In this document: positions 50,635 through 53,539 of the stretch, piece after piece
How the letters are laid out: every line of letters starts with the position of its first letter
Numbering within the stretch: the first letter of the stretch is position 1
Assembly: GCA_964653505.1 (NCBI GenBank)
Contig: CAZZFN010000001.1
Span: 1 to 53,539, forward strand
Direction of reading: 5' to 3'
DNA: 53,539 nucleotides
Source: an uncultured Methyloversatilis sp.
GTDB taxonomy: Bacteria > Pseudomonadota > Gammaproteobacteria > Burkholderiales > Rhodocyclaceae
Notes under the pieces: model-generated
Database searches by the model: none
What the model saw: the letters and a program-made list of their open reading frames with translations, nothing else
What the model was told of the DNA's origin: nothing
Made by a program: the position numbers and the translations under genes

Positions 50635-51725
50635 ACACGACACCGGCCGGTCGGTCTCCGGCTTACATCCGCGCCATCTCGCCCTATGTGCCGGGCAAGC
50701 CGATCACCCAGCTGGCGCGCGAGATGGGGCTGCCGGTGGAAAGCATCGTCAAGCTGGCCTCCAACGAAAACCCGCTGGGCATGAGCCCGAAAGCAAGGGT
50801 GGCCGTCGAAAACGCCATTGCCGGCATCGAGCGTTATCCCGACCCCTTCGAGCTGATCGCGGCATTGGCCGAACGGCTCGGCGTCGCCAGCGACCAGATC
50901 GTGCTGGGCAACGGCTCGAACGACGTGCTCGACCTTGCGGCGCGCGTGTTCCTGGCCCCCGGTCGCTCGTCGGTGTTCTCGCAACATGCCTTTGCCGTCT
51001 ATCCGCTGGCGACCTTGAGCACGGGCGCCGAGTGCATCGTTGCGCCGGCGAAGCACTACGGCCACGATCTCGCCGCCATGCGCACAGCGATCCGCCCCGA
51101 CACGCGCGTGATCTGGATCGCCAACCCGAACAATCCGACCGGCAACTTCCTGCCCTATGCGGAGGTGCGTGCCTTCCTCGCCAGCGTGCCCGCCGATGTC
51201 GCCGTGGTGCTCGACGAGGCCTACAACGAATACCTGCCGCCGGCCGAGCGCGCCGACACCGTCGCCTGGCTGCGGGAGTTCCCGAACCTCATCATCACGC
51301 GCACCTTCTCCAAGATCCACGGGCTGGCCGGCCTGCGCGTCGGCTTTGCGGTGGCCGCGCCCGAGATCGCCGACCTGATGAACCGCGTGCGCCAGCCGTT
51401 CAACGTGAATAACCTGGCCATCGCGGCGGCCAGCGCGGCCCTCGACGACCACCTGTTTGTCGCCGAGAGCTACCAGCTCAACCGGCGCGGCATGGAGCAG
51501 ATCGTCGCCGGCCTCAAGCGCCTCGGCCTCGAACACATTCCCTCGCACGGCAATTTCGTCACCTTCGCGGTTCCGGATGGCGCGGCGACCAATCAGAAAC
51601 TGCTCAAGCAGGGCGTCATCGTGCGGCCCATCGGCGGCTACGGCTTGCCCAATCATCTGCGCGTCACCATCGGCCTCGACACCGAGAACGCGCGCTTCCT
51701 CGCAGCGCTGGAGCGATCGCTCTGA
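50631..51725 (+). CDS. hisC: histidinol-phosphate aminotransferase
   Basis: KLASNENP, NPNNPTG, DEAY, RTFSKIHGLAGLRVG. Confidence 0.96.
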   Translation: MNTTPAGRSPAYIRAISPYVPGKPITQLAREMGLPVESIVKLASNENPLGMSPKARVAVENAIAGIERYPDPFELIAALAERLGVASDQIVLGNGSNDVLDLAARVFLAPGRSSVFSQHAFAVYPLATLSTGAECIVAPAKHYGHDLAAMRTAIRPDTRVIWIANPNNPTGNFLPYAEVRAFLASVPADVAVVLDEAYNEYLPPAERADTVAWLREFPNLIITRTFSKIHGLAGLRVGFAVAAPEIADLMNRVRQPFNVNNLAIAAASAALDDHLFVAESYQLNRRGMEQIVAGLKRLGLEHIPSHGNFVTFAVPDGAATNQKLLKQGVIVRPIGGYGLPNHLRVTIGLDTENARFLAALERSL

Positions 51726-52612
51726 TGGGCAAGCTGGTCGTTTGCGGCGTCGGTCTGATCGGCGGCTCCTTCGCCTTGGCCATAAAGTCGGCGCTGGCGG
51801 GACGGCATGACTGCCCGCGCATCGGCGGCATGGGCCGCACCCGCGCCCCACTCGAACAGGCGCTGCAGCTCGGCGTGATCGACGAGATCGGCACCGACTG
51901 GGCGAGCGCGCTGCAGGGTGCGGATTTGGTGCTGCTCGGCATGCCGGTCGGCCAGATGCCGGCAGCGATGCAGGCGCTGGTGCCCCATCTCGAACCCCAG
52001 ACCCTCGTCACCGATGCCGGCAGCACCAAGTCTGACGTGGTCGCCGCAGCCCGTGCGGCCTTTGGCGATCGGATCGGCCAGTTCATTCCCGGCCATCCGA
52101 TCGCCGGCGCCGAGAAGAGCGGCGTGACGGCCGCGCAGGCCGATCTCTATGCCGGCAAGCGCGTGGTGCTGACGCCGCTGCCGGAAAACCGCCCGGAAGA
52201 TGTCGCCGCCGTGCGCAAGGTCTGGGAGCTGTGCGGCGCGAAAGTTTCGCAACTGACGCCCGAGGCGCACGACCGCGTTTTCGCGGCGGTGAGCCATTTG
52301 CCGCACCTGCTCGCCTTCGCCCTGGTGCATGACTTGGCCGTGCGCGACAACGCCGACCAGCTGTTCGGTTTCGCCGCCAGCGGCTTCCGCGACTTCACGC
52401 GCATCGCCAGCAGCCACCCGGAAATGTGGCGCGACATCTGCGTCGCCAACCGCAATGCGCTGCTCAAGGAGGTCGATGCCTTCATGGTCGAGTTGCTCAA
52501 GACGCGCGTCTTGCTCGCCAGCGCCGACAGCGCCGGGCTGGCAGCGATGTTCGCCAGCGCCCGGGCACGCCGCGACGCCTGGCTGGAATCGCTGTTGCCG
52601 GTGGGCGAATAG
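51725..52612 (+). CDS. tyrA: prephenate dehydrogenase
   Basis: GVGLIGGS, DAGSTK, GHPIAG, SHLPH, GFRDFTRIA. Confidence 0.95.
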   Translation: MGKLVVCGVGLIGGSFALAIKSALAGRHDCPRIGGMGRTRAPLEQALQLGVIDEIGTDWASALQGADLVLLGMPVGQMPAAMQALVPHLEPQTLVTDAGSTKSDVVAAARAAFGDRIGQFIPGHPIAGAEKSGVTAAQADLYAGKRVVLTPLPENRPEDVAAVRKVWELCGAKVSQLTPEAHDRVFAAVSHLPHLLAFALVHDLAVRDNADQLFGFAASGFRDFTRIASSHPEMWRDICVANRNALLKEVDAFMVELLKTRVLLASADSAGLAAMFASARARRDAWLESLLPVGE

Positions 52613-52653
52613 CGGGTTTATCATTGCCCTTGTCATGACAAAGGGAGGTGCCG

Positions 52654-53001
52654 ATGACCACCGTGCTTGAAGTTCGCGAACCCGCCGCCCCGCAAGCCAT
52701 ACGGTTGGCGCTCGATTACCTGGCCCCGGCATTGCCGATTGGCGCCCGGGTGATTGTTTTTGGCTCCCACTCCGAGGGAACCGCCCGTGCAGACAGTGAT
52801 ATCGACCTTTTGGTCATCGAACCCGAAGTCAAGGATCGCGTCGCGGAAATGATTCGACTTTCCGCGCTGCTTGGCCGGCAGCTCATTCCGGCCGATGTCG
52901 TGGTTATGAGCAGCGAAATGTTCGACCGACAGCGCGAAATTCCCAATACGTTCGCCTGGCGGGTCGCGCGGCAAGGCGTCGAGTATGAATTCATCCACTG
53001 A
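52654..53001 (+). CDS. minimal nucleotidyltransferase (MNT antitoxin-like)
   Basis: FGSHSEGTARADSDIDLLV (GSx10DxD). Confidence 0.88.
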   Translation: MTTVLEVREPAAPQAIRLALDYLAPALPIGARVIVFGSHSEGTARADSDIDLLVIEPEVKDRVAEMIRLSALLGRQLIPADVVVMSSEMFDRQREIPNTFAWRVARQGVEYEFIH

Positions 53002-53368
53002 CTACGCAGCGGCCTTGCTGGGTAAAGCACGCGACGACGGCTATGTTGCTCGTTGCATGTCGGCCGATGCCGCAGCACCAAATTGGGTCATCGGCTTTCA
53101 CGCCCAACAGGCGGTCGAAAAATCGATCAAGTCGGTATTGACCAGGCATGAGATCGAATTTCCGAGAACGCACAACCTCTCGATGCTTATCGAATTATTG
53201 CGGCTTCACGCCATCACCCCGCCGCCAGACGCCGATGATCTCGCTCGCCTGACGCCTTTCGGCGTGACACTGCGCTATGACGATACCGCCGGCGAAGATG
53301 AACCGACGATTCAGCGGGAATGGGCAGTGGGCGTGGTTTCGCGAACGCTCGATTGGGCGGCGTCATGA
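52985..53368 (+). CDS. HEPN domain protein
   Basis: [22 protein letters not shown]; overlaps the MNT gene. Confidence 0.88.
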   Translation: MNSSTDYAAALLGKARDDGYVARCMSADAAAPNWVIGFHAQQAVEKSIKSVLTRHEIEFPRTHNLSMLIELLRLHAITPPPDADDLARLTPFGVTLRYDDTAGEDEPTIQREWAVGVVSRTLDWAAS

Positions 53369-53381
53369 TGAATTTTTCCGT

Positions 53382-53539
53382 ATGACGCATCTCGATCTCC
53401 CCCCGTTGTTTCGCGCCGCCGGCACGGTGAAACTGCCGGGTTCGAAGAGCATTTCCAACCGCATGCTGCTGCTCGCCGCTCTGTCCGGGGGCGAGACGGA
53501 AATTCGCGACCTGCTCGATTCCGACGACACGCGCGTCAT
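53382..53539 (+). CDS. aroA: EPSP synthase (5' part, truncated by window edge)
   Basis: [44 protein letters not shown]. Confidence 0.95.
   Translation, partial: MTHLDLPPLFRAAGTVKLPGSKSISNRMLLLAALSGGETEIRDLLDSDDTRV

Overview
GC-rich betaproteobacterial chromosome segment; gene order suggests Rhodocyclales (inference). The left backbone is acpP(3')-fabF-ygfX-like-nadB-rpoE-rseABC-mucD-grx-like-lepA-lepB-DUF4845-rnc-era-recO-pdxJ-acpS-nagZ, then an AbrB/VapC toxin-antitoxin (TA) pair. The right backbone is efp-earP-ppiD-fabI-ABC substrate-binding protein-ubiG-ompA-amidohydrolase-gyrA-serC-serA-like-pheA-hisC-tyrA-MNT/HEPN-aroA(5'). Between them is an ~18.6 kb integrated element (16426-35064) bounded by a 12-bp direct repeat, TACTTGACGCGG, which is the 3' end of efp. 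The element looks like a phage satellite. It has a P4-type integrase, MqsRA, AlpA, a replication initiator with internal iterons, an SF2 helicase, a Topo VI-A-like (Mini-A-like) protein, a primase and a DUF5681 small-terminase-like gene. I recognise no capsid, portal, large terminase or tail genes. Unusually, it carries two ejection/internal-virion-like proteins. One is a 1575-aa polyvalent protein (ddrB-like ParB, HExxH, LPD38-like) whose gene fully contains an out-of-frame HNH homing-endonuclease-like gene. Two families of short palindromic repeats in the backbone appear to have been recruited into protein N-termini. All family assignments come from motif recognition by eye; no searches were run.
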